Shown: positions 51,835 to 61,449 of the stretch, piece by piece
Layout of the letters: the number at the start of each line of letters is the position of its first letter
How positions within the stretch are numbered: position 1 is the stretch's first letter
Origin: an uncultured delta proteobacterium
GTDB lineage: Bacteria; Desulfobacterota; Desulfobacteria; Desulfobacterales; JAFDCJ01
Direction: 5' to 3'
Assembly: GCA_963769935.1 (NCBI GenBank)
Contig: CAVYNY010000035.1
Span: 147,676 to 211,675 of the forward strand
DNA length: 64,000 bases
The notes under the pieces: model-generated
What the model was told of the DNA's origin: nothing
The model's database searches: none
Seen by the model: the letters and a program-made list of their open reading frames with translations, nothing else
Position numbers and translations under genes: made by a program

Positions 51835-52434
51835 TTAAATGCCCTTTATGGCTTGCACAGCCGCTTCGCGGCCGACCATCACCTCCGAGTCGCTGCCGGC
51901 GATATACAACCGTCCATAGCGTCCGGAAGGCTGATAGTTTACCAGGGTGATGTTGGCCGCCTTTTCCGCTTCGTTGGCCGCCAGCCAGACATAGGCCGCC
52001 GGCGCAATTTCCAGGACGCACAGCGTCTGGCCTGCCAGCAGCAAACCGCCGCGGCTGGTCTGGTTTACCAGCTGAGCTTCGTACGGGTTTACCTTGGAGA
52101 CCATTTTAACGGAGACAACCTCCGGCTTTATGCGGTCGCGCTCAGTCAGGCCAAAACGCCCCAGAGCATTTTGCCCGGCGACCTGAACCGCCTCCTGAAA
52201 GGCGCTGTGAATCTCAAGTGTGCCGTACTCTCTTTCAACCCGCAACAGGCCGGGGCGCACGTCCGCAGTTTTCAAAGCGGTGTCCAGAACCTCGTATACG
52301 TCGCCGGCAGGTGCCAATTCCATAAATACTTCCGCCATGCCTTCCACCGGCACATCGCCCTGCAGCAGGATGCCGGTGAGGGCGGCAAATTGCGGTTGCA
52401 TCGAATCTATCAGAATGTAGGTTCTAAGCTCCAT
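51835..52434 (-). CDS. BMC-T shell protein, double-stacking CcmP/CsoS1D type
   Basis: MELRTYILIDSMQPQFAA...ELAP...VEREYG.LEIH...LEIAPAAY...ANEAEKAA...GRYGRLY. Confidence 0.9.
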   Translation of the reverse strand: MELRTYILIDSMQPQFAALTGILLQGDVPVEGMAEVFMELAPAGDVYEVLDTALKTADVRPGLLRVEREYGTLEIHSAFQEAVQVAGQNALGRFGLTERDRIKPEVVSVKMVSKVNPYEAQLVNQTSRGGLLLAGQTLCVLEIAPAAYVWLAANEAEKAANITLVNYQPSGRYGRLYIAGSDSEVMVGREAAVQAIKGI

Positions 52435-52472
52435 TTTACATTTCCTTTGCAATGTTTCTTTAAGCCGTTGAA

Positions 52473-52793
52473 TTAATCTGCCAATGACCGGACCACCTTG
52501 CGGTCCCCATTGGGAATGATTGCCTCGGTAAATCGGTGCGGCCGCGCAATGACGTGGCCCGCGATCAATTGACCTGCCTTTTTTGCGGCCGCCACGCCGG
52601 CATCGACCGACGCCTGGACGGCACCGACTTCGCCGCGCACCATAATGGTCACGTATCCGCCTCCGATTTCCTCCCGGCAGGTGATACTGACATTGGCGAC
52701 TTTGGCCATTGCATCCGCCGCCTCGATGGAGGCAACCAGCCCGACGGTTTCGACCATGCCAAGTGCAGTTTTTTGCAAATGCTGTTTTTCCAT
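52473..52793 (-). CDS. BMC-H hexameric shell protein
   Basis: ALGMVETVGLVASIEAADAMAKVANV...IGGGYVTIMVRGEVGAV...HVIARPH. Confidence 0.96.
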   Translation of the reverse strand: MEKQHLQKTALGMVETVGLVASIEAADAMAKVANVSITCREEIGGGYVTIMVRGEVGAVQASVDAGVAAAKKAGQLIAGHVIARPHRFTEAIIPNGDRKVVRSLAD

Positions 52794-52977
52794 AACGATT
52801 CTCCTGTTTGTTGGGTTGCTTGGTTGTAAAACTGAAATTTGGGTAACACTTTAAATGCCTGGAAAAGCCACGGAATGGCCGAATATTCACGAAATTAATT
52901 TTTCATTTTAAGGTTCCCTGCTTTTATCCATTGCAATTATTCGTGGTTATTCGTGTAAATTCGTGGCTTACTATTCA

Positions 52978-54051
52978 TTAAATTCCGAGTATCTGGTTGG
53001 CCGCAGCGATACCCGAATTTAAATCGACCCTGTGCCCGAGCCCGGCCAGCGCATTGCCGGCTGCCGTCAATAGCTGAATAACCTTGCCGGAAGAAAATTC
53101 CGAGATCTGGGCCGGGTCGAGATAGAAGGCGCTGTGATCGACTTGGCCGAAGGCTTTGCTCGGCCCGAAAATCCGCTCGATTCCTTTTACGAGGTCGTTG
53201 ACATTGATGCCCTCGGGGGCAAAAATGGCCGTGCTGGTTCCTTGGCAAAATTTTCCGGGGGCATCACAGCCGGGACAATCGGCGCCATCGTTGGTCAGCA
53301 GCAAATCCATCTCGCTGACACCCCAGCGGACCGCTTTGGCGGCCGTCTCGTAGTCGGAAGCATCCGTTTTGCGCGCGGCAGAACCCGGCCGGGGTGCGCC
53401 CCACAGGCGGGCGATCGTCGAACGGATGGCCATGGCCGCTGCGACCGGGTCTTTGGCTGCGTGAATCGCACGCCCGGTAATAAGGGCAGTGACCGGAAGG
53501 CTTTGAAAAAATGGAATGGACTCAAGGGTTATCCCGCCGGTGACCGTAACTTTGTACCCCATGTCGATCAAGCGCTGAATGGTGTCCAAATCGTTTTGAG
53601 ACCACTGGCGGTTGGAGGCCTCCTCGTCCCAACCGCGATGGTATACCATCCATTCGATCCCGACCTGCCGCCATTCCTTGGCGCGGGCGATAATGTCCCG
53701 CACGCCGGTAAGTTCCATCAGCACCGCTTTGCCATATTCATTGGCGGTTTTCAGGGCGGATTCGACGGTGGCCATGGGGGCGCCGCCAATAACCGTCATC
53801 AGGTCCGCTCCGGACTCAAAGGCCATCTTGGCTTCCAGCCAGCCGACGTCGGGCGTTTTAAAGTCGGCCAGAATCAGGTTGTCCGGACAAACCTCGCGCA
53901 CGGCTCTGATGGCGTCCAGCCCGGCGGCCTTGCAAAGGGGGGTGCCGATTTCAAAAATGTCGACGTGCGGCGCCGTTTTGGAGGCTATGGCGATGGCCGG
54001 GGGCAGGGTGATGAAGTCTAACGCAAATTGTAACATTGGAATTGTGCTCAT
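52978..54051 (-). CDS. KGPDC/HPS-family (OMP decarboxylase fold) enzyme fused to an extra ~125-aa C-terminal domain
   Basis: LQFALD, EIGTPL, ADFKTPD (DxKxxD), ELTG, YHRG, VTVTGG, GRAI, ending RLWG as in UlaD/SgbH. A linker follows, then a domain resembling the class V aminotransferase small domain, with CPGC-x6-C. Confidence 0.88.
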   Translation of the reverse strand: MSTIPMLQFALDFITLPPAIAIASKTAPHVDIFEIGTPLCKAAGLDAIRAVREVCPDNLILADFKTPDVGWLEAKMAFESGADLMTVIGGAPMATVESALKTANEYGKAVLMELTGVRDIIARAKEWRQVGIEWMVYHRGWDEEASNRQWSQNDLDTIQRLIDMGYKVTVTGGITLESIPFFQSLPVTALITGRAIHAAKDPVAAAMAIRSTIARLWGAPRPGSAARKTDASDYETAAKAVRWGVSEMDLLLTNDGADCPGCDAPGKFCQGTSTAIFAPEGINVNDLVKGIERIFGPSKAFGQVDHSAFYLDPAQISEFSSGKVIQLLTAAGNALAGLGHRVDLNSGIAAANQILGI

Positions 54052-54088
54052 TTCACGATATCCTTTATGCTGATTGTGGTTGTTGTCC

Positions 54089-54961
54089 TTAAAGCTGCAT
54101 CCCAATGGGATTGTAATAGGTCCTGAGCGCAGCGGCGGTTGCTTCCAGGTTGCGCTTCAGAGGCCGGCCCAGTTTGAACAAAACTCCCAGATACAATAAA
54201 TCCACCAAGTACAGTTGGCACACCTTGGCGTCGATGGCCCCGCCGTACAGCGGCGTGTCCCTGTATTCGAGGGGTGTGGCCAGGCATATTTCGGCCGTCC
54301 GGGCCAGGGCGGATTCGCGATCACTGGTCAGGGCGATGGTTGTGGCGCCGTTTTTAGCGGCAATCTTAACGGCATCGACCACATGTTTGGTAATGCCGGT
54401 GTTGGAGACGCCGAAAGCCACCATTTTGGGTTTGATCATGGACGCCGAAACGGTCTGCATATAGCCGTCGGCGTAGATCACACAGTTGAGGCCGGCTTTG
54501 GTAAACAGGTGATGGGCGGCGTGAGCAATGATGGCCGAGCCGCCGATGCCGTAAATATAGATTTGCCCGGCACGGGCAATGGCGTCGATGGCGTTGTTCA
54601 TGTCTTCGACATTCAGACTTTGCTGGGTCTTAGCGATGGAGCCGGACAGGGATTCGGACAGCTTGCGGCCGATTTCGGGCGTGGCGTCGCCTTCATGAAT
54701 GGCCGGCGGTATGTTTTTAAATTCATCCACCGGACTTGAAGATGCGGCCATCGATAGTTTGAGGTCCTGAAATCCCTGGAGGCCGATGACCCTGCAAAAG
54801 CGGCTGACCGTTGTTTCGCTGACCTTCAATCTTTTGGCCAATTCCGTTATTGAAAAATCAAGCCGTTCCTGGGCGTGCTGCTGCAGATAGTCCGCAATTT
54901 TTTTCTCTGATTTCCTCAAAATCGAATAATTGGCCTGAAGATGTTGAACGAAATTGTTCAT
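54089..54961 (-). CDS. RpiR/MurR family transcriptional regulator (HTH plus SIS)
   Basis: LRKSEKKIADY...SITELA...VSETTVSRFCR.IG..GFQDLK; YGIGGS, SNTG.T. Confidence 0.95.
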   Translation of the reverse strand: MNNFVQHLQANYSILRKSEKKIADYLQQHAQERLDFSITELAKRLKVSETTVSRFCRVIGLQGFQDLKLSMAASSSPVDEFKNIPPAIHEGDATPEIGRKLSESLSGSIAKTQQSLNVEDMNNAIDAIARAGQIYIYGIGGSAIIAHAAHHLFTKAGLNCVIYADGYMQTVSASMIKPKMVAFGVSNTGITKHVVDAVKIAAKNGATTIALTSDRESALARTAEICLATPLEYRDTPLYGGAIDAKVCQLYLVDLLYLGVLFKLGRPLKRNLEATAAALRTYYNPIGMQL

Positions 54962-55005
54962 AATAATAAGGAAATATTTTTCATAAATAGTAAAAAATAA
55001 AATAA

Positions 55006-55051
55006 TGTAAAAAATTTTTTCCATAATAGACGAGTAAAAACGGACTGTCAA
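55006..55051 (-). promoter_or_regulatory. sigma70 promoter of the BMC operon plus a near-perfect palindromic operator
   Basis: Minus-strand TTGACA (55051-55046)-N17-TATTAT (55028-55023); TGTAAAAAATTTTTTCCA (55006-55023) directly downstream. Confidence 0.65.
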
Positions 55052-55474
55052 GAAAAATTTTCACCAAATTTTCAGGGATGCGGGAAAAAATATTGAATCT
55101 GAGAATAGGGGTTAAGTTATTGAAATTGAATCTAATGGTGACGAGGGAGAATTCGTGGAATTTGAATTTTGAGTTTTTGCCGGAAAAATTATTCGAGACT
55201 ATCCAAAAAGTATAATTATATAGCCGAACTGCCGATAAAATAATGTTCTCAGCACTATTTGGCGGGCAATCCTGCAGATTTCCATACCCGGGTCGGTATA
55301 GTCGTATAAAATGTCAAGATCTTTTTAGGCTGGGCATAAAATTAATTCAATATGAGATCCTGTTCGCCTGAATTAATTAAATTTCATAAAATAGCTGGAA
55401 AGGGCCGGGCAATTCAGCTAATAATACCATGGTCGGCCTTCGGGCATTTTTTTTTGAGAGGTGAAAGGTTTCCA

Positions 55475-57778
55475 GTGATCAAAAAACTGATAATTTTTTG
55501 CGCCGCAATCTTTTTTATGGCTTGTCTTGGCGCGTTTTTCTATGGCTGGTATCTTGCCGGCCAGGTTGATGCACGATTTTCATCGCGCCGTTGGAGCATA
55601 CCGTCCAAAGTTTATTCAGATACAATGCTGCTGTATCCGGGGCAGCGAATAAACCGACAGCTGCTTAAAGAGAAGCTCAGCCGGATGGGGTACCGGGAAG
55701 TCCCCCGCCGTACGGAAAGAAAAGGGGAAATCCATACAGCTCAAAACGGATTGAGCCTGTTGCTATTTCTTAACGACCTCAACACTCCCTGGCAGAAAAG
55801 GCCGGGATTTCCTGTGAAAATCGAATTTAAAGAAAATACAATCGAATCCATCATGCGGGAAGATGACGGCGCCTCCGTGCCGCTGCTGGAAATTGAACCT
55901 GAAGAAATCAGCCTTTTCTTCGGCCGCGAGCGGGAGCGTCGTCAGCTGGTTGCGATTAAACAGGTCCCGGAGCACGTCATGCATGCCGTCTTAGCCGCCG
56001 AGGATCGCCGTTTTTTTAGCCACTGGGGGGTTGATCCGCGTGGAATTCTGCGAGCGTTGATAACCAACCTGAGGCATGGCAGCATTCGACAAGGCGGCTC
56101 AACCATAACGCAGCAAGTGGCCAAAAACTATTTTCTGACACCGGACAGAAATCTGACGCGCAAGCTCAAGGAAGTGGTGTTGGCTTTCACAATGGAATGG
56201 AAGTACACCAAAGAGGAAATTCTGGAGATCTACCTGAACGAAATTTACCTGGGTCAGAAAGGCTCCGTTGCGATCAACGGCATCGGCGAAGCTGCCGAAT
56301 TTTACTTCGGCAAATCGGTGCCGGAATTATCGCTCGCCGAGGCGGCCGCCATTGCCGGGCTTATCAAAGCTCCCAACAAATATTCGCCCTATGTCGATAA
56401 AGAGGCCTGCCGGTCTCGTCGCAATTTGGTTTTAACTATCATGCAGCGCCAGGGATGGATATCTGACCCGGTGCTGCAGGCCCAGCTAAAGGCTCCGGTC
56501 GAAACGGTCGGCTACAATGTATACGGCAAAAAAGCGCCTTACTATATCGATTACCTGACGCAGCAGCTGGAAGCGCTCTATAAACCTGAAGATCTGGCTG
56601 CGCTCGGACTCTCTATCTACACCACACTTGACTCCCAGGTTCAAATGGCTGCCGAAAAAGCGCTCACAGAAGGCTTACAGCGCCTGGAAAATAAAATTCC
56701 TTCCCTGAAACACAATGCATCCGATCAAAGCTTGCAGGGCGCGGTGGTTGTCATGCAGCCGAAAACCGGCCACATTCTTGCAATGGTGGGCGGGCGCAAT
56801 TACAATGAAAGCCAGTTCAACCGGGTGACCCAGGCTCGCCGCCAACCCGGCAGCGCCTTTAAACCCTTTGTCTACCTGACCGCTCTGGATAAATTTACCC
56901 CCCTAAGCGTTCTTTCCAATCAACCTAAAACTTATGTGGTCGACGGCAAAGCCTGGGAACCGAAAAATTTTGAACCGGCTGCGAAACCACAGGTAACACT
57001 TAGAGAAGCCATTGAAAACTCATACAACCTGGCCACGGTTGACCTGGCCATGCAGATCGGCCTGGACCCTATTATCGAAACGGCAACGCGCTTCGGCTTT
57101 TCAACCTCACTTGAACCCTATCCTTCGCTGGTGCTCGGCGCATTCGAGGTGATACCCTTGGAACTGGCACGGGCCTATTGCGTATTTGCAGCCGAAGGTA
57201 TGATGACGTTCCCGCTGGCTCTGAAAGCCGTCACCGATGAAAACGGCAAGGTGCTCGAGCAGCGCTATTTAAAAGTTGAACGTTTGATATCAGGCGCTAA
57301 AGCCTATATGATGAACTCGCTGCTGCAAGGTGTGATTGAGAACGGAACGGGCCGCTCGCTGAAAACGTTTGGAATCAACTGGCCGGTTGCCGGCAAGACC
57401 GGAACCAGCAATAATTACCGGGATGCCTGGTTCATAGGATACACTCCGGACATACTTGCCCTGGTTTGGGTGGGTTTTGACAACGGGGATTCGATCAAGG
57501 CCGCCGGTGCCGCAGCAGCGCTTCCCATCTGGGCGGAACTCATGAATGCGATTCCCCACTATATTTCCGAGAACAATTTCAGGGTGCCGGACGGCGTCGT
57601 AAAAAGGCTTGTCTGCACCGAAGACGGCAAGGCGTCGGTCTCAAAGAATTGCCCCCAGCCTTATGAAGAGTACTTTCTGGCTGAAAATGCGCCCCCGGAA
57701 TCCACCCGTTCCGGCGTCAAACCGGGGATTTTAGACCAACTGATCAAGGGTATCAAAGGGTTGTTCCAAAGGGATTGA
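55475..57778 (+). CDS. mrcB: Class A penicillin-binding protein 1B (UB2H, transglycosylase, transpeptidase)
   Basis: AEDRRFFSHWGVD, QGGSTITQQ, RKLKE, YLNEIYLGQ; GSAFKP, SYN, KTG; UB2H-like insert after the TM helix. Confidence 0.92.
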   Translation: MIKKLIIFCAAIFFMACLGAFFYGWYLAGQVDARFSSRRWSIPSKVYSDTMLLYPGQRINRQLLKEKLSRMGYREVPRRTERKGEIHTAQNGLSLLLFLNDLNTPWQKRPGFPVKIEFKENTIESIMREDDGASVPLLEIEPEEISLFFGRERERRQLVAIKQVPEHVMHAVLAAEDRRFFSHWGVDPRGILRALITNLRHGSIRQGGSTITQQVAKNYFLTPDRNLTRKLKEVVLAFTMEWKYTKEEILEIYLNEIYLGQKGSVAINGIGEAAEFYFGKSVPELSLAEAAAIAGLIKAPNKYSPYVDKEACRSRRNLVLTIMQRQGWISDPVLQAQLKAPVETVGYNVYGKKAPYYIDYLTQQLEALYKPEDLAALGLSIYTTLDSQVQMAAEKALTEGLQRLENKIPSLKHNASDQSLQGAVVVMQPKTGHILAMVGGRNYNESQFNRVTQARRQPGSAFKPFVYLTALDKFTPLSVLSNQPKTYVVDGKAWEPKNFEPAAKPQVTLREAIENSYNLATVDLAMQIGLDPIIETATRFGFSTSLEPYPSLVLGAFEVIPLELARAYCVFAAEGMMTFPLALKAVTDENGKVLEQRYLKVERLISGAKAYMMNSLLQGVIENGTGRSLKTFGINWPVAGKTGTSNNYRDAWFIGYTPDILALVWVGFDNGDSIKAAGAAAALPIWAELMNAIPHYISENNFRVPDGVVKRLVCTEDGKASVSKNCPQPYEEYFLAENAPPESTRSGVKPGILDQLIKGIKGLFQRD

Positions 57779-57779
57779 A

Positions 57780-58154
57780 TTGAAAAATTTTTTCATATTT
57801 ATTTTGCCGCTTTTTATCCTGCTGCTTTTCAGCTGCAGCACGCCCACGGCATATAAAACGGCCCGGCCGTCAAGCCCGCGCGAAGATGCCTCCACCCAGC
57901 TGACGATAGAAGCCCGGCAACTTCTGCAAGCCGGCAATTACGACAATGCTATCAGGCTGCTTGAACAAGCTGTCGGCCTCAATCCCGACAACGGCCAAAG
58001 CTATTATTATCTTGCCCAAGCCTGGTTGAAAAAAGGCGAGTTTTCGGAAGCGAAGGAATTTAATGGCCTAGCCCAGATTTACCTGAAAGAAGACAAGCAG
58101 TGGATGATCCGCGTGGAAAACCAGGCGAATCAGATTTCAAGATTGGAGCAATGA
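57780..58154 (+). CDS. TPR lipoprotein (LpoP-like)
   Basis: Lipobox LLFSC; TPR ARQLLQAGNYDNAIRLLEQAVGLNPDNGQSYYYLA; lies directly after PBP1B. Confidence 0.75.
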   Translation: MKNFFIFILPLFILLLFSCSTPTAYKTARPSSPREDASTQLTIEARQLLQAGNYDNAIRLLEQAVGLNPDNGQSYYYLAQAWLKKGEFSEAKEFNGLAQIYLKEDKQWMIRVENQANQISRLEQ

Positions 58155-58308
58155 GCTCTTATCATGTTTATTCCAACATTCCATTCTTCCATGGGTTAGC
58201 TGACAGCTACGGCCACCTCTCTGGGATGAAGTCAAAGTCTGACCCTCCCTCCGGGCTGTAAGCCCTACGGGCCGGAAGCTGGGCCAGGATTCTTTACATC
58301 AAAAGGCA

Positions 58309-59595
58309 CTATAACTTAGGGCCGCTAAATGATTTAACGGCGGCATAGGCGGTGGCCACCGACATACCCGAGCCGCACTTCATGCGGGTCCAGTCCTGAT
58401 GGGCCAGAATGATGCCGGCGGCAAAAAGCTTTTCAAACGCCGGGCTGCCGTCGGCGCCCAGCGGACGCAACAGGTCGTCGGTTTCCAGCCCGGCGCGGTT
58501 GACGGCATGGCCGCCCGGTTCGAAAAAGCGGTCGCTGTGCCAGCGGCTTCTGGCCTGCGGCTGAAATACCGGCAGATTGAAGATGCTCTCCTTTAGAGTC
58601 TCATGATCGGATTTCAATCCGCCCCCCAGAAACCGCCCGGTTGCCAGCAGGACACCGTCGGATCTGATTTCGGCCTCATGTTCGGTTCGGCCGACGTCCA
58701 GCAGGAAGCCCCCGTCCGAGGCCGGCACTGCCTTCAAGACGTGCTTTTGGAACATGCAGTGCACCTTTCTATCCGGCAAAAACCGAAGAAAGGCCTGCTT
58801 GAGGCGCATGCCGGGGATGGACGGCGGCATGGCCGGAATTTCAAAAACCGGTCTTCCGAGCAATTCAGCGATCGCCTGTACAACCTGGTCGGCCTGATTT
58901 ATACCCAGCACAGCCGGCAGCCCGACAAATTCGACATCCTTCACATGCGGTCTGATCAAGTCGGCGAGCCTTCCGCGATACTCCGCAGATTCCAGATCGT
59001 GGGCCAGCGGAACCGGGTTTATCTCGTGGAGCCGGTCGCCGTATATGGACGGGATGCTCACGGCTTTCAGAGCGGGCCATTCCGATTTCAATCGTTCGAC
59101 CAGCAAGCGCGCACTGAAGCCTTTGAGGCCCTGCAGATCGACAACCAGGCAGGGGGCCTTGCGGGAAAACGCCGTCACACCCGGCCACATGGTCTGCGGA
59201 ACGCCATGGGTTGTTTTGACGGCGCCGAAGGCGGTGATCAAATCAGAATTCCGGTCGTCCTGAAATCGATAGGGCAGGCCGGCGCCACTTAAAAAAGCGT
59301 AAAATTCCTGCAGCGCGGCTTCGATGTCTTCCTTGCGCAAACGGGCATACGGATGGCCGGGGAGATCTTTGGCAACGGCCTCAATGGCCGCCCAGGGATC
59401 ACGCCACCTCCTACCGTTTTCGATCGGGTGCACGCCCATCAAATCAATCAGGCCGCCGGTAAACCAGGACTCGCCCAATGAGCCCGCAACTACGGTTGAA
59501 ATTCCACGGTGGGCCGCAAACACGGCCGCCGCCATTCCGGCCATCCCCGTGCCGATAATAGCAAGGTCATACTTTTGATTGGTTGTGCTGGTCAT
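58309..59595 (-). CDS. glpB: Anaerobic glycerol-3-phosphate dehydrogenase subunit B
   Basis: DLAIIGTGMAG, HPYA, LPAVLG, PPSIPGMRL, LATGRFLGGGL, CGSG. Confidence 0.92.
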   Translation of the reverse strand: MTSTTNQKYDLAIIGTGMAGMAAAVFAAHRGISTVVAGSLGESWFTGGLIDLMGVHPIENGRRWRDPWAAIEAVAKDLPGHPYARLRKEDIEAALQEFYAFLSGAGLPYRFQDDRNSDLITAFGAVKTTHGVPQTMWPGVTAFSRKAPCLVVDLQGLKGFSARLLVERLKSEWPALKAVSIPSIYGDRLHEINPVPLAHDLESAEYRGRLADLIRPHVKDVEFVGLPAVLGINQADQVVQAIAELLGRPVFEIPAMPPSIPGMRLKQAFLRFLPDRKVHCMFQKHVLKAVPASDGGFLLDVGRTEHEAEIRSDGVLLATGRFLGGGLKSDHETLKESIFNLPVFQPQARSRWHSDRFFEPGGHAVNRAGLETDDLLRPLGADGSPAFEKLFAAGIILAHQDWTRMKCGSGMSVATAYAAVKSFSGPKL

Positions 59596-59821
59596 TTTGG
59601 AAATCTCATTAGCCTGTTCTATTATGTCCTTACCGGGTTTTATCTGAAAAGATGCTTTAAGATACTGAGGTGTCAGGTGTCATCGGTTTGGCAGTGGCGG
59701 TGCTAAACACCTTCCAGTCCGTAATTTCAGGCCGAGGCCTGAAATCTGCAATTGTTTGCATCATGCTAAAATTTCTATCACCACGGGACACGAAGTACAC
59801 GAAGAAAGTCTCACTCATTTA

Positions 59822-61449
59822 TTAAATTTTTTTCTTTGTGATTCCGCGTTCTTCGTGGTTTGTTATATTTTGCTTTGGCTCGTCCGGGTTTGGTAATTCA
59901 AGGTCAAACAACCCGCAATACATGGCCTCCTGCAACTCGGCCTGCTTGAGCTGTTCGCCGAAGAGAACCGGACGCTGCCCCTTCCAGCGTGAGTCGGTAA
60001 AATGAGTGAGGTCGGTGATTCCCTGATCCTGCTGAAATGTACCCTGGTCGTATAGTTGGGCGGTTAGACGCAGCCCGCAATAGGTCCCCTGGCAGGCGCC
60101 CTTGCCGATTCGACTGCGGGCACCGATATTGTGGAGTAAAACCGAATTATGGTGGCCGCCGATATTTTGCAGAATGGATTGGACCGCGCTTTTGGGCACC
60201 ATTTCACATTCGCACAGGATAATATCCTCGGGCCGCTGCTTTTCCAGCCAGGTTTTGGGCGACAGCCCCGGTTCGGTCCATTCGCAGTTCAAGGTGGACG
60301 GCAGGGGTTCCTGCCGGGTTCGGCAGGGCGCGTCAATATTGAGGCGGGCGCATATCCGGTCGCCGGCTCGCTCGGCCATCAGGCGAAAGATCGACAGTTT
60401 GCCGCCGGCAACGGTCAAAAAATTTTCGACCCCATCGGCGCTGTGATCGATCAGGTCAAATCCTCGGCTGATTTTACGATCGTCGGTTGTAACCCGCGGC
60501 TATTTTTCTTGGCGATGAGCGGACGCACACCCGAAAAAGCCCGAATATAGCGGCATTGCTTTAACGATGGTACGATGGGAACCCCCTGGTTGATAATGTG
60601 GTCGACTTCTTCAACGGTCGGTTTGATATCGTCCGGGGAAGTGAGGCGGATTGATGAAGGCCCCAGAATGGACACGGTTCCGCCGGGACACAACACATCG
60701 CCGTCCGAAGGCGGGCGCAGCCGCAGCAGCACGTGCTGCGCCAGTCTTGCATGGGTAACGATGAGAGTGCCTTTGGAGTAAAGAATTTCGATGGCTGCGT
60801 TGGCGAGGCCCGCAACCTGACCGACCCAGGCACCGGCGGCATTGACGACCTGCTGCGCTTCGATGGTTTGTTCCCGACCCGTAAATACGTCTTTAACGTG
60901 TGCGAGTTGAATCCTTTTATGGTCAATTTCGAAGCTTGTGACCGCGGTATACGGCATGAAAACATGTCCGTATTTTATGGCTTGGGACAGATTCTCGAAG
61001 GCAGCGCGAAAGGGGTCGATGCTCGAATCCTCCGTACGGTAGGCTGCGACAATATCCTTTGAAAGCGCGGGCTCCATCGCCAGTGCCTCCCCGACCTCCA
61101 GGGGCTCGCACGGGACGCCGCATTTTGCGCACAACTGCGGAAAATCAGCCAGGTACTTCTCATCATCTTCCTGGACGGCAATATAAAGGCCGCCGGTATT
61201 TTCGATGCAGTGCGGCGCCATTTTTTTGAGCAGTTCGTTTTCCTCTTTGCATTCGCGCGATGACTCCGGGTCGCTGGCCACGTAGCGTGCTCCGGAATGC
61301 AGGACCCCGTGATTGGCGCCCGATGCTCCCGCGTTGATGTGGCTGCGGTCAATTAGAATGCTGTTGACGCCGCGCAGCGCCAGGTCGCGGGCAATCGCCG
61401 TGCCGGTTATTCCGCCGCCGATAATCAGAACCTGTGTTTTTAAAGTCAT
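59822..61449 (-). CDS. glpA: Anaerobic glycerol-3-phosphate dehydrogenase subunit A, one frameshift at ~60500
   Basis: IGGGITG, GASGANHGVLHSGARY, GVRPL | DRKISRGFDLIDH...GGKL; C-terminal CECE...GACQGTYC Fe-S domain. Confidence 0.92.

Noticed and set aside
50568..52793. Canonical eut/pdu/carboxysome assignment
   Set aside because: No EutBC, PduCDE, glycyl-radical enzyme, RuBisCO, AldDH or PduL in the window; gene symbols withheld.
52435..52890. 152-aa N-terminal extension of BMC-T in the ORF track
   Set aside because: It overlaps the real BMC-H gene in another frame; family similarity starts at MELRTY (52434).
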